Below, piece by piece: positions 1 to 11,356 of a DNA stretch of 64,000 nucleotides. The DNA is from Chromatiales bacterium. GTDB lineage: Bacteria > Pseudomonadota > Gammaproteobacteria > Steroidobacterales > Woeseiaceae. The DNA lies in NCBI GenBank assembly GCA_024679535.1, contig JAIBDF010000001.1:21748-85747 (forward strand), written 5' to 3'. The translations under genes and the position numbers were made by a program. How positions within the stretch are numbered: the stretch's first letter is position 1; each line of letters opens with the position of its first letter. Below the pieces are notes generated by a model. That model saw only the letters and a list, made by a program, of their open reading frames with translations, had not been told where the DNA came from and searched no databases.

Positions 1-361
1 GCAGCGAAGAGTCCGAATTGGGCGGTACGATGCGTCTGGGGGCTCAGGCGGTCACACTGGCGGATGGGTCGCTTGCGGCTCGCAGCTATGGGACGACGGA
101 TATCGTCGAACGCCATCGTCATCGATACGAGGTGAATAACAACTATCGGGACCAGCTCTCGGAAGCCGGACTGAGCTTCTCGGGCCTGTCCGTCGATGAC
201 CTGGTCGAAATGGTCGAATTGCCCGGTCACCCGTTCTTCCTGGCCAGCCAGTTCCATCCGGAATTCACCTCGAACCCGCGTGACGGCCATCCGCTGTTCA
301 AGAGCTACATTACGGCGGTGCGCGAGCACAGCCAGGGCGAGTTGCCCGAGGTGGCGCAGGG

Positions 362-365
<4 letters not shown>
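1..365 (+). CDS. pyrG: CTP synthase, C-terminal glutamine amidotransferase part (5' end lies outside the window)
   Basis: The frame is open from the window edge. It contains [16 protein letters not shown] and [10 protein letters not shown], typical of the PyrG GATase domain. The pyrG-kdsA-eno order is common in gammaproteobacteria. Confidence 0.9.
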
Positions 366-2514
<2,149 letters not shown>

Positions 2515-2521
2515 GAAATAA

Positions 2522-2818
2522 ATGAGCGGTTCACGCTGGATACTGATTATGTTGGCGATTGCCGGGCTTGGTCTGCAGGCCCAGCTTTGGCTGTCCGACG
2601 ACGGTTACCGCAAGACCATCAAACTGCGCACAGCGGTTGCCGAACAGCGCGCACTCAACGCGTCACTGCGCGACCGCAACGCGGCGCTGGATGCTGAAGT
2701 GATTAATCTCAAGCAGGGCCGCGATGCGGCTGAAGAGCGCGCTCGTACTGACCTTGGCATGATCGGCAAGGCAGAAACCTTCTACCAGGTTGTCCCCGTC
2801 GCCGACGCCACCTATTAG
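2522..2818 (+). CDS. ftsB: cell division protein FtsB
   Basis: 98 aa with one N-terminal TM helix followed by a coiled coil (LRDRNAALDAEVINLK). Lies directly after eno, as in E. coli and Pseudomonas. Confidence 0.8.
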   Translation: MSGSRWILIMLAIAGLGLQAQLWLSDDGYRKTIKLRTAVAEQRALNASLRDRNAALDAEVINLKQGRDAAEERARTDLGMIGKAETFYQVVPVADATY

Positions 2819-2826
2819 GATCCTCC

Positions 2827-3825
2827 ATGTCCCTCCCGAACTGGGCCCGTGCGCACGTCTCGGTCCCGACTGACGGGAGTGCCGCGCGATTTTCTGCGCG
2901 TATCCGCGAGAGGCCTGAGGATTTCCAGGTCACGGAGGAGCTCGGCTACGAGTTCACGAGCGACGGCGAGCATGATTTCCTATGGATTGAAAAGACGGGC
3001 GCCAACACCGAATGGGTCTCCCGACAGCTGGCGCGTTTCGCCGCAGTACCGGCAAGAGATGTGGGTTATGCCGGGCTCAAAGATCGCCACGCAGTAACTT
3101 GGCAGTGGTTCAGCGTCCCGAGGTGGCACTCACCCGACTGGAGTCTTCTTGACGTCGAAGGTGTGCAGATTCGGGATGTGCAACGCCATCACAAAAAGCT
3201 GCGGCGAGGTGCGCACAGGGCCAACCATTTTCGCATCGTCCTGCGCGGCGACGGCCTTGCCGAACATGCCTCTGTGCTGGAACAGCGTGTGCAGGTCATT
3301 CGCGAGCAGGGTGTGCCCAACTACTTTGGCGAGCAGCGTTTCGGGCGGGCGGGGAATAACCTGGAGCTGGCCGATGTCTTCGCGAGCGGCAAGCGGCTGC
3401 CGCGTCACAAACGCAGCATTGCCATCTCGACCATCCGGTCGTTCCTGTTCAACGAGTACCTGAGTGCGCGTGTCGAGGACGCTACCTGGACAAGGTTGTC
3501 AGCAGGCGACAAGGCGAACCTTGATGGCACGGGCAGCGTCTTCGACGTCGAACAGGTTGATGCAGCGCTGACCCGCCGGTGCAGAGAAATGGACGTCCAT
3601 CCCATTGGTGAGCTGGTTGGAGATGGGTCGACTTTTGGTCCGGATGACTGGCTGGCGGCACTGGCCAGGGCGCGCGTCGCACCGGGAACGCGAAGTCTGA
3701 GGCTCAGGGTTGCTGATCTGGAACTGGTAACCGCAGACGATGAGGCCGTACTTTCTTTCAAGCTCACGCGTGGCGCGTTCGCAACGTCAGTCCTGCGCGA
3801 AATTGTGGCGACATCGACTTCCTGA
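2827..3825 (+). CDS. truD: tRNA pseudouridine(13) synthase TruD
   Basis: 332 aa. PEDFQVTEEL, GLKDRHAVTWQW and PNYFGEQRFG motifs of TruD. Confidence 0.9.
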   Translation: MSLPNWARAHVSVPTDGSAARFSARIRERPEDFQVTEELGYEFTSDGEHDFLWIEKTGANTEWVSRQLARFAAVPARDVGYAGLKDRHAVTWQWFSVPRWHSPDWSLLDVEGVQIRDVQRHHKKLRRGAHRANHFRIVLRGDGLAEHASVLEQRVQVIREQGVPNYFGEQRFGRAGNNLELADVFASGKRLPRHKRSIAISTIRSFLFNEYLSARVEDATWTRLSAGDKANLDGTGSVFDVEQVDAALTRRCREMDVHPIGELVGDGSTFGPDDWLAALARARVAPGTRSLRLRVADLELVTADDEAVLSFKLTRGAFATSVLREIVATSTS

Positions 3826-3867
3826 GCGGGGCATTTCGACAGGTTGAAACGGCCCGGAATGGTCCGG

Positions 3868-5559
3868 CTATTCTTCAAGGAATGATTTCAACTCGAGCAA
3901 GTGTTTTTCGTAATTTTTCCACCGCCCAACCGATGTATCGTAGAGCTTCTGTCTGACTTGCCAGTTACTCGGCGTCAGAACGGTACGCTTATTCCTGTCG
4001 AATCGCAGACACTCCTCTTCCCACGGCAAATCACAGAACGCGATGAGTCGCTTTGTCACAGCTTCCGGCTCACGTATCAGATCTTCATACTGAAGTTCGA
4101 AATATCCTGCCGGTAAGGCGGTCGACCAATGTGTCATCAGCCGCTGATACTCTTTGTAATACAGCCCGAAATGCATCAGGTCGTTAGTGAAATCGTTGCC
4201 CAGCTTGAATAACACGGTGTAGCAGGAAATCGCGACATCCAAGGGGGCCCGATGGCAATGAATGATCTTCGCGTTGGGAAACAGGATTGCAATCAGCCCG
4301 AGGTGAACATAATTCATCGGATACTTATCGACAATGCGGCTCGCAGACTCAGGGCTCTTCTTACCCAGGCCGTCCAGATATCTTTTGCTCAGGTTCCCAA
4401 TCGATTCTTGCGTAAGCGGTGCTGCTGGTGATGAGAGAGTACCTTCACCTGCAGAATTCTTGATCTGATCAGCGATTGAGCGCATATAACTGAGTTCACC
4501 TGCGCCATGAATCGCGGAATGACTTGACAGTATTTGTTCCGTTAATGACGTGCCGGTTCTTGGCAATCCAACCACAAAGACCGGGCGCGCATCCTGACTG
4601 CCAAATTGGGCTAGTTGCTGAATCTTCTCGGCGGTATAGAACTCGATGAGTTTGTCGAACTCCTTCGCTTGGCTGTCGATATCAAACGGTCTGGCGATGG
4701 CTTTTTTAACTTCATTGCTGTTGTGAAAGTGTTGAAACGCCACGTTGTATTGGTGTGCCTTTTCAAAATGCTTTCCCAATGCATGTTCAAGGCGCAGCCT
4801 CGTATCTGACGACAAGTTGTCCTGCGTTAGCGCCTCTCGTGCGCTGTCAACCTGCGCGTCATTCGCGTCGTATTCGGGAGAGTTCAACAAAGCCGCCAGT
4901 GACTCGTAGTACTTCGGTTGATAGTGCAACGCGGCCAGATAGTTGGCATTTGCATCTTGAAAATCACCCAGCTGTTCAAACAACACGCCGAGATGATGAT
5001 GTGCAAGGTAGTTTTCCGCCTGGTATTCGGTTGCCTTGGTCAGCCATTCAATGGCATCCCGGGGGCGACCAAGAGCATTCAGAGTAATGCCGTAATTGAA
5101 TGCACAAACAGGATTTCGGGGCTCTATTTCCCGGGCGCGCTCATAATGGGCCAACGCTGCTTCGAGATCGCCGACGTGCCGCAGGCAGTTTGCGACGTTA
5201 TTGAGGGCATCAAAGTGGCTGGCATCGTATTCAAGTGCCTGTCGAAAGCAACCCTCGGCGGATGCGTAATCGTTAAAGCGGATGTACACCTGCCCCAGGT
5301 GATTCAGTGCGTCCGGATTTTCGGGATTAACTTCCAGCGAACGTTGAATAAGCCTTCTGGCATCTTCAAACTTGCCGGACTGCTGCGCGAGCAATCCCAT
5401 GTAATGAAGCGCTTCTCCGTGCAGCGGCATGACGCGCAAGACGTCTGAATAGACTGCGAATGCCTTGGCGAGCTGGCCTGCTTTGTGATCCTGAAGGGCA
5501 TTGAAAACCTCGCGATCAAGATCTTCTTTGGTCCGTTTGTCCGTGGTGGGTTCGAGCAT
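3868..5559 (-). CDS. TPR-repeat / sulfotransferase fusion protein (PAPS-dependent, substrate unknown)
   Basis: 563 aa. The N-terminal ~230 aa are a series of TPR units (A..Y..AL...P....AL..LG pattern). The C-terminal half has a 5'-PSB-like GLPRTGTSL and a 3'-PB-like HRAPLDVAIS. The gene is visibly more A+T-rich than its neighbours. Confidence 0.75.
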   Translation of the reverse strand: MLEPTTDKRTKEDLDREVFNALQDHKAGQLAKAFAVYSDVLRVMPLHGEALHYMGLLAQQSGKFEDARRLIQRSLEVNPENPDALNHLGQVYIRFNDYASAEGCFRQALEYDASHFDALNNVANCLRHVGDLEAALAHYERAREIEPRNPVCAFNYGITLNALGRPRDAIEWLTKATEYQAENYLAHHHLGVLFEQLGDFQDANANYLAALHYQPKYYESLAALLNSPEYDANDAQVDSAREALTQDNLSSDTRLRLEHALGKHFEKAHQYNVAFQHFHNSNEVKKAIARPFDIDSQAKEFDKLIEFYTAEKIQQLAQFGSQDARPVFVVGLPRTGTSLTEQILSSHSAIHGAGELSYMRSIADQIKNSAGEGTLSSPAAPLTQESIGNLSKRYLDGLGKKSPESASRIVDKYPMNYVHLGLIAILFPNAKIIHCHRAPLDVAISCYTVLFKLGNDFTNDLMHFGLYYKEYQRLMTHWSTALPAGYFELQYEDLIREPEAVTKRLIAFCDLPWEEECLRFDRNKRTVLTPSNWQVRQKLYDTSVGRWKNYEKHLLELKSFLEE

Positions 5560-5772
5560 CGTTCAATTATGCCACCGCAGCTACTCGATCTTGCGGAAAT
5601 TGACCGAGCTTGCCGTTGCGTCCAGAAACGCCGGCCGCTTCGTGACAACCCCAGCGAACCAGATCAGTGCGTTGACAGCGTTCACGCTCTGTCGGGACAT
5701 AAAAGTGATCGAGACTACGGCTGAAAGTAAATAGAGGTAAGATTAATAAAAGTGTATAAAATAATGGTTTTT

Positions 5773-6336
5773 CTATTGTTTTTGTAGAAGAACATAGATG
5801 GCACCCGTTCCTCCGTCCACCTGCCGTGTGGACACAAACGCCAACACGCTGTCCCAGCGCCTGAGCCAGCGATTCACAGCATTCTTGAGCACGGGACCGC
5901 GTTCCCCGGAACCCAGTCCTTTACCATGAACGACGCGCACGCAGTATTTACCCTGGGATACGCTAAATTCAATGAAATCGGCAAGCCGGGGTCTGGCTTC
6001 GTCCAACGTCATACCATGCAGGTCAATCTCGGCCTGTACGCCGAAGCCGCCGCGCTGCAGCTTGCGCATCGTGCGTTTGCCGACATGCTGGCGCCGAAAT
6101 CGCAGGGCGCCTCCATAACCGTGCTCGATGGTATCGATGTCGTCTTCAAGGCTTTCGTTGAGTACCTCGCGCTCATCCGCCTTGGTGAACCGGGCCTTGG
6201 GTTTGGGCCTGGGTTTTGTAGCGGGCGCACGCGGCTCACTCCTGAGCGGTTTGGTGCCGCGCATTGCTTTGTGAAACTCATCGGTATCGTTGTCGCTCAC
6301 GGTATGGTCTTTGAGGCTATGGTGTGCGCTGAACAA
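5773..6336 (-). CDS. Smr-domain endonuclease-like protein (SmrA/YdaL-like)
   Basis: 187 aa. The C-terminal Smr domain reads IDLHGMTLDEAR...VRVVHGKGLGS...VLKNAVNRWL. The N-terminal part is basic and low-complexity. Confidence 0.75.
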   Translation of the reverse strand: MFSAHHSLKDHTVSDNDTDEFHKAMRGTKPLRSEPRAPATKPRPKPKARFTKADEREVLNESLEDDIDTIEHGYGGALRFRRQHVGKRTMRKLQRGGFGVQAEIDLHGMTLDEARPRLADFIEFSVSQGKYCVRVVHGKGLGSGERGPVLKNAVNRWLRRWDSVLAFVSTRQVDGGTGAIYVLLQKQ

Positions 6337-6412
6337 TCGGTATAGTGAGCGCGTCCTTCAGGCCAATCAAGGCTCTGCGCGTCGAATTTTTACATGAGAA
6401 TCCATTCCTAGC

Positions 6413-7171
6413 ATGAAAATCCTCGTAAGTAACGACGACGGGTATCTGGCGACCGGCATCAACGCACTGATCGACGCGCTCGAGAAAGTCGCTGATGTTG
6501 TCGTGGTTGCGCCGGATCGGAATCGTTCTGCCGCCAGTAACTCGTTGACGCTATCGACGCCGTTACGCGTGTCGCAATACGGCAAGAATCGCTTCAAGGT
6601 TGACGGAACACCATCGGACTGCGTGCACCTTGCGGTGACGGGCCTTCTTGACGAGGAGCCCGATCTGGTCGTCTCGGGCATTAACCATGGCGCCAATCTC
6701 GGGGACGACGTTATTTATTCGGGAACCGTGGCGGCCGCCATGGAAGGGCGTTTCCTGGGGCTGCCGACGATTGCGATGTCACTTGTAGGCAAGACGCTGG
6801 TGGGCGCGCAGTTGACGCATTTTGAGACCGCGGCGCGGATTGCCGTTGAGCTCGTGAAGAAGATCGAGCGTGCGTCGCTTGCACCGGATACGGTTCTGAA
6901 CGTCAACGTTCCCGACCTGCCGTATGAAGAATTGACGGGTATTCGGGCGACGCGACTGGGGTTTCGCCACAAGTCTGAACAGGTGCTAACAGATACTGAC
7001 CCGTACGGTCGTCCAATCTACTGGGTGGGGCCTGCAGGCGAAGGGCAGGATGCTGGCGACGGCACTGATTTTCATGCGATCGAGCAGGGCGCCGTCGCCA
7101 TAACGCCGCTGAAGGTGGATCTGACGCGCCACGATGCTGTACCGAGTATCGCCGACTGGCTTAAACAATGA
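6413..7171 (+). CDS. surE: 5'/3'-nucleotidase SurE
   Basis: 252 aa. [11 protein letters not shown] and [21 protein letters not shown] motifs. surE-pcm-nlpD-rpoS synteny. Confidence 0.93.
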   Translation: MKILVSNDDGYLATGINALIDALEKVADVVVVAPDRNRSAASNSLTLSTPLRVSQYGKNRFKVDGTPSDCVHLAVTGLLDEEPDLVVSGINHGANLGDDVIYSGTVAAAMEGRFLGLPTIAMSLVGKTLVGAQLTHFETAARIAVELVKKIERASLAPDTVLNVNVPDLPYEELTGIRATRLGFRHKSEQVLTDTDPYGRPIYWVGPAGEGQDAGDGTDFHAIEQGAVAITPLKVDLTRHDAVPSIADWLKQ

Positions 7172-7827
7172 TCGATGCTCGCCAGGGCATCGGCATGACC
7201 TCGGCCCGCACGCGCGACAGGCTTGTGCAACGCCTGCGCGATCAGGGCATCCACAACGAATCGGTGCTCGAGCAAATTCGTAACGTGCCTCGCCATTTAT
7301 TTGTCGACGAAGCCTTGGCCAGCCGCGCCTATGAAGACACGGCGCTGCCGATAGGCCTTGGGCAGACTATCAGTCAGCCTTACGTGGTGGCGCGCATGAC
7401 AGAAGCGCTGCTCGACGGATTCCAGGGCGAGAAGGTCCTCGAGGTTGGCACGGGCTGTGGATACCAGACTGCGGTGCTCGCGCCGCTGGTCAAGAAAATC
7501 TACACGGTAGAGCGCATTCCGGAGTTGCTGCGCAGGACCAAACAACGATTGCGCGACCTCGACATCTATAACGTGCAGTTCCGCCCCGGAGATGGCTGGG
7601 AGGGCTGGCGCAAGTATGGGCCCTACGACGGCATTATCGTCACGGCCGCGCCCGATGAAGTACCGCAGAAATTACTGGACCAGCTGGCGCCGGGCGGCCG
7701 GCTGATTATTCCGGTCGGACCGCCAGGCATCCAGGACCTCGCGATGATCAGCAATCGTAATGATCATTATGAACAGGTCTCATTGGGAGCGGTCAGTTTC
7801 GTACCTCTGGTAAAGGGCCTGTCATGA
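7168..7827 (+). CDS. pcm: protein-L-isoaspartate O-methyltransferase
   Basis: 219 aa. [11 protein letters not shown] and the SAM motif [20 protein letters not shown] overlap with surE. Confidence 0.93.
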   Translation: MIDARQGIGMTSARTRDRLVQRLRDQGIHNESVLEQIRNVPRHLFVDEALASRAYEDTALPIGLGQTISQPYVVARMTEALLDGFQGEKVLEVGTGCGYQTAVLAPLVKKIYTVERIPELLRRTKQRLRDLDIYNVQFRPGDGWEGWRKYGPYDGIIVTAAPDEVPQKLLDQLAPGGRLIIPVGPPGIQDLAMISNRNDHYEQVSLGAVSFVPLVKGLS

Positions 7828-8405
7828 ACTTGTTCAAACCCTGGTACGATCGAGTGCTGCGCTGGTCACGACATCCTCACGCCGAACGATACCTCGGAGC
7901 GATGAGTTTCGCGGAGTCTTCGTTCTTCCCGATTCCGGTTGACGTCATGCTGGCCCCCATGTGCCTGGCAGATCGTGACCGGTGGATTCGGTACGCGACG
8001 ATCGCCACCGTCTTCTCGGTGCTTGGCGGTCTCGGCGGATACGCGATTGGCTGGGGCATGTTCGAGGCGATCGAACCCTGGCTGCGCGAATCGCATTACT
8101 GGGGAGATTTCGAGGTGGCGAGCCAGTGGCTCAATGACTACGGCGTGTGGGTTGTATTCGCCATGGGGTTTTCGCCGCTTCCATACAAAGTCGCAACGAT
8201 TGCGGCCGGTGTTGCGGTCATCAATCTCCCCGGATTCTTCATCGGCTCACTCGTGGGTCGCGCCGCGCGTTTCTTTCTCGTCGCGGGCCTGGTTCGACTT
8301 GGCGGGGATAAGTTCGAATCCACACTTTCCCAATACGTGGAGCGTATCGGCTGGGCGACGGTCGTCATCATTGTCATAGCCGTGTGGTTTATGATGCGGG
8401 GCTAA
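7824..8405 (+). CDS. yqaA: YqaA-like (DedA/SNARE-associated family) inner membrane protein
   Basis: 193 aa polytopic membrane protein. [16 protein letters not shown] and [14 protein letters not shown] are typical of the YqaA family. ATGA overlap with pcm. Confidence 0.65.
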   Translation: MNLFKPWYDRVLRWSRHPHAERYLGAMSFAESSFFPIPVDVMLAPMCLADRDRWIRYATIATVFSVLGGLGGYAIGWGMFEAIEPWLRESHYWGDFEVASQWLNDYGVWVVFAMGFSPLPYKVATIAAGVAVINLPGFFIGSLVGRAARFFLVAGLVRLGGDKFESTLSQYVERIGWATVVIIVIAVWFMMRG

Positions 8406-9088
8406 TGACCTCCCGCGCACTCATTATCCTGTTCGTCTCCCTGGCCCTGACATCGTGCGGCGGGGGATCGACATGGCAGGACGATCCGCAAACGCATATT
8501 GTGCGCAAGGGCGAGACCCTGTTTTCCATTGCCTGGCGCTACGGCAAAGATGCCCAGACACTCGCGCGCTGGAACCGTCTCGGCGATGGCTCGCTCATTT
8601 ATCCAGGGCAGGTGATACGACTGACGCCACCAGGCGGCTCCAGCAGCCGGACCACGGCAAGCCGCCAGAGCAGCCAGCCACCGAAAAAGCCATTGCCGCA
8701 GATTCCTGCGCAACCGAGCCCGAGGTGGGCCTGGCCCACGAGCGGCCGGATCAATGTCGAATTTGGCGCAAAGCCTGGCTCCGGCACCGGCATCCTCATC
8801 AATGGCAAAATCGGGCAGCCCATTAATGCTGCGGCTTCCGGGCGCGTGGTCTATGCGGGCAGTGGACTGATCGGTTATGGTCAGCTTATTATCCTGAAAC
8901 ATAATGACACCTACCTCAGTGCCTACGGATACACGGCGTCGCTGCTGGTCAAAGAAGGGCAAGACGTAAAAAAAGGCCAGAGAATAGCGACCATGGGGGA
9001 GGGGCCGGAACGCAAGCCGCGACTGCATTTCGAGATCAGACGCAATGGCAAGCCGGTTAACCCGCGACAGTATTTGTCGACGAGATAA
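8405..9088 (+). CDS. nlpD: LysM / M23-peptidase lipoprotein NlpD
   Basis: I prefer the ATG at 8405 (TAATG overlap) over the track start at 8384. Lipobox LALTSC. LysM segment [17 protein letters not shown]. Pro/Ser-rich linker. M23 domain ending in [15 protein letters not shown]. Confidence 0.88.
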   Translation: MTSRALIILFVSLALTSCGGGSTWQDDPQTHIVRKGETLFSIAWRYGKDAQTLARWNRLGDGSLIYPGQVIRLTPPGGSSSRTTASRQSSQPPKKPLPQIPAQPSPRWAWPTSGRINVEFGAKPGSGTGILINGKIGQPINAAASGRVVYAGSGLIGYGQLIILKHNDTYLSAYGYTASLLVKEGQDVKKGQRIATMGEGPERKPRLHFEIRRNGKPVNPRQYLSTR

Positions 9089-9126
9089 CCCAGGTCTACC
9101 GAAGACCGATCTCAAACATTCGCTCC

Positions 9127-9987
9127 TTGCAGCAGACTGGGGGTATGTTTTTGGGACAGGTGCTGGATCCAACCAAGCAGTACCTTGACGAGATTGGTAT
9201 CTCGCCGTTGCTCACTGCGGACGAAGAAAAGATGTATGCCCGCCGGGCGCAGCGCGGCGATGAATCGGCGCGCCAGCGCATGATTGAAAGTAACCTCCGC
9301 CTGGTAGTAAAAATTGCGCGCCGTTACCTCAACCGTGGCCTGCCGTTCCTTGACCTGATTGAGGAAGGTAATCTCGGACTGATTCACGCCGTGAAAAAAT
9401 TCGATCCGGAACGCGGCTTTCGCTTCTCAACCTACGCGACCTGGTGGATTCGCCAGACGATCGAGCGGGGCATCATGAATCAGTCACGCACGGTTCGCCT
9501 CCCGATCCATGTCATTAAAGACATCAATTCCTGCCTGCGAGCTGCACGCGTTTTGCGACAGAAATACGACCGTGCGCCGTCCATGCAAGAGATCGCCGCT
9601 CACCTGGACCGCGATATTGTCGAGATCGAACGGCTGATGGGTTTGCACGAACGCGTCACGCTGCGCGCCAACGGCCAAGATAATGAGGGTGAAGGGCCGG
9701 TCGAGCGGCTTCGCGCCAGACGTTCGGGGGAACCGTCACGCTGCGTACAACGCAATGACGTCAATGACATCGTCGACCACTGGGTGTGTGAGCTGAGTGA
9801 GAAACAGCGCGAAGTTGTGGAGCGGCGCTTCGGACTGCACGGATATCATCGTGCGACGCTGGAACAGATCGGTCATGAAATTGGCGTAACGCGTGAACGG
9901 GTGCGGCAGATCCAACTGGAGGCGCTGAAGAACCTGCGTGAGATGCTTGAGAGCCACGGTATCTCAGGGGATGTCGTTCTGGACTAG
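9127..9987 (+). CDS. rpoS: RNA polymerase sigma factor RpoS (unusually short N-terminus)
   Basis: Regions 1.2-4.2 are recognisable ([54 protein letters not shown]). Lies downstream of nlpD. Start is TTG 9127 or ATG 9145. The frame is closed upstream by TAA at 9058-9060. Confidence 0.85.
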   Translation: MQQTGGMFLGQVLDPTKQYLDEIGISPLLTADEEKMYARRAQRGDESARQRMIESNLRLVVKIARRYLNRGLPFLDLIEEGNLGLIHAVKKFDPERGFRFSTYATWWIRQTIERGIMNQSRTVRLPIHVIKDINSCLRAARVLRQKYDRAPSMQEIAAHLDRDIVEIERLMGLHERVTLRANGQDNEGEGPVERLRARRSGEPSRCVQRNDVNDIVDHWVCELSEKQREVVERRFGLHGYHRATLEQIGHEIGVTRERVRQIQLEALKNLREMLESHGISGDVVLD

Positions 9988-10382
9988 CTGCTGTCCTTAA
10001 AAATATAGAGCACCGTCGCAACCTTGCGACCCTCATTGGCCAACACGTTAAAGGTACGCGCAGCAGCGGCAGTATCCATTACCTCAAAGCCAATACCTCT
10101 TCGCGCGAACGCGAAGGTTAGTTCGCGTGGCGGAAAAATATTGGTCGCGCCAGTGCCGAGCAGCACGATCTCGGGGGCCGTTTCCAGTATCGCCTCAAAG
10201 TCGTCTTCCGCAAGGTCGTTGATGGGCTTGTCAGGCCACTGTCCGAGCATTTCTTCCGGCGTTAGCGCGATCGACGCAGCATGATCATCGTCATTGACGC
10301 GGATCGCCGTCTCCGAAACACTGCGTATCACCAATTTGGCTGACAATTCTCTTGTGAATTTCAATAGCGCATCCCTTACCAT
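9984..10382 (-). CDS. Mth938-like (DUF498, NDUFAF3-like) domain protein
   Basis: [49 protein letters not shown] is typical of the family. ATG 10382 is preferred; GTG 10391 is also possible. The 3' end overlaps rpoS by 4 nt. Confidence 0.65.
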   Translation of the reverse strand: MVRDALLKFTRELSAKLVIRSVSETAIRVNDDDHAASIALTPEEMLGQWPDKPINDLAEDDFEAILETAPEIVLLGTGATNIFPPRELTFAFARRGIGFEVMDTAAAARTFNVLANEGRKVATVLYIFKDSS

Positions 10383-10394
10383 CGACGCCACATC

Positions 10395-11354
10395 GTGAAC
10401 GGATCATATGACAAAACTGCCGCAGTCGTCGTCCTCCCTCCTATCAGGGGTGGGAGGCTGACCGATAAATCGCTACGTGCGTGGCTGGCACAGTCTGATC
10501 TGACGCGGACGGACGACCCACAGGAATTGCTGGCGACCATCCTGAACGAACTGAAATTTCCGTACCCGGCGCAGGGTTTGGCTGCGCTGCGGATGTGGGG
10601 CCAGACAGGTGATCGGCCGACGGTCTGGATTGCGGCGGCGGATCCTGTCTACCTTGAGCCGCGGCTCGATCATCTTTGCCTGCATGCGTTGGAACGGACG
10701 GGCATTCCACCGTCGGACCTCAGGCCATTGTTCGACCACCTGCAGGAGACGCTGGCCGAGGACCAGCGTTATGGCTTCGCAAGGCTGGGCACATGCGGCT
10801 ACCTGCGGGCCGAATCACCCATTTCGACGGCGATGGTGCCGGCCTATGTCATAGATCAGCGCGAACCCGGAGAATTCCTGCCGACCGGTGAGCACACGGT
10901 GATGCATCGGAACATCCTCAGCGAGATCGAGATGGCGCTGCACGAACACCCAGTGAATGTACGTCGCGTAGAGGAGGGGAAAGCGCCGGTGAATTCTCTG
11001 TGGCTCTGGGGCGGCGGCATGGCCCCCGAGAAAATCACGCGCCCTCAGCCACCGGTGTTCACTGAAGACCCGCTGCTGCTGGGCTACTGGGAAAGCGTAA
11101 CTGCGGTCGCCGACTTGTGGCCTGGCAGTTTCGAGGCCTGCGCAGACGCTTCTTTGCATGGCTTTGTTGCCGTGATACCCGAGTATGAATCGTCGCCTGA
11201 GTATTTACATCGGTACCTGCAGGAACTTCAGGAGCTCTTGCGATCGAATCGTGTCAGTCGATTGATACTCCTGTTCCGCGACGGCTTACGGGCCGATGTC
11301 CGGCGTTCCGACACGCTGAAATTCTGGCGCCGTGACAGCGAGCTGCTCGACTGA
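10395..11354 (+). CDS. conserved hypothetical protein, RpfE-type (sometimes annotated as phosphoglycerate mutase-like)
   Basis: 319 aa with a GTG start. Lies immediately upstream of recJ-prfB-lysS, the position held by rpfE in Xanthomonas. I recognise no catalytic motif, so the family assignment is from memory and context only. Confidence 0.4.
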   Translation: MNGSYDKTAAVVVLPPIRGGRLTDKSLRAWLAQSDLTRTDDPQELLATILNELKFPYPAQGLAALRMWGQTGDRPTVWIAAADPVYLEPRLDHLCLHALERTGIPPSDLRPLFDHLQETLAEDQRYGFARLGTCGYLRAESPISTAMVPAYVIDQREPGEFLPTGEHTVMHRNILSEIEMALHEHPVNVRRVEEGKAPVNSLWLWGGGMAPEKITRPQPPVFTEDPLLLGYWESVTAVADLWPGSFEACADASLHGFVAVIPEYESSPEYLHRYLQELQELLRSNRVSRLILLFRDGLRADVRRSDTLKFWRRDSELLD

Positions 11355-11356
11355 TC

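Noticed and set aside
3826-5772. Classifying the sulfotransferase island, or the 51.4-60.7 kb block, as a mobile element or genomic island in the strict sense.
   Set aside because: I could find no integrase, transposase, tRNA attachment site, inverted repeats or flanking direct repeats in either region. Only composition (first region) and synteny (second region) suggest acquisition.
9650-9780. Suspicion that the odd region 3.2 of RpoS results from a compensated double frameshift or a sequencing error.
   Set aside because: I translated the other two frames over this stretch. One contains a TAA and the other gives no sigma-like sequence. The current frame keeps the right length relative to Pseudomonas RpoS and re-joins conserved motifs on both sides. 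I keep it as genuine divergence, pending read-level verification.
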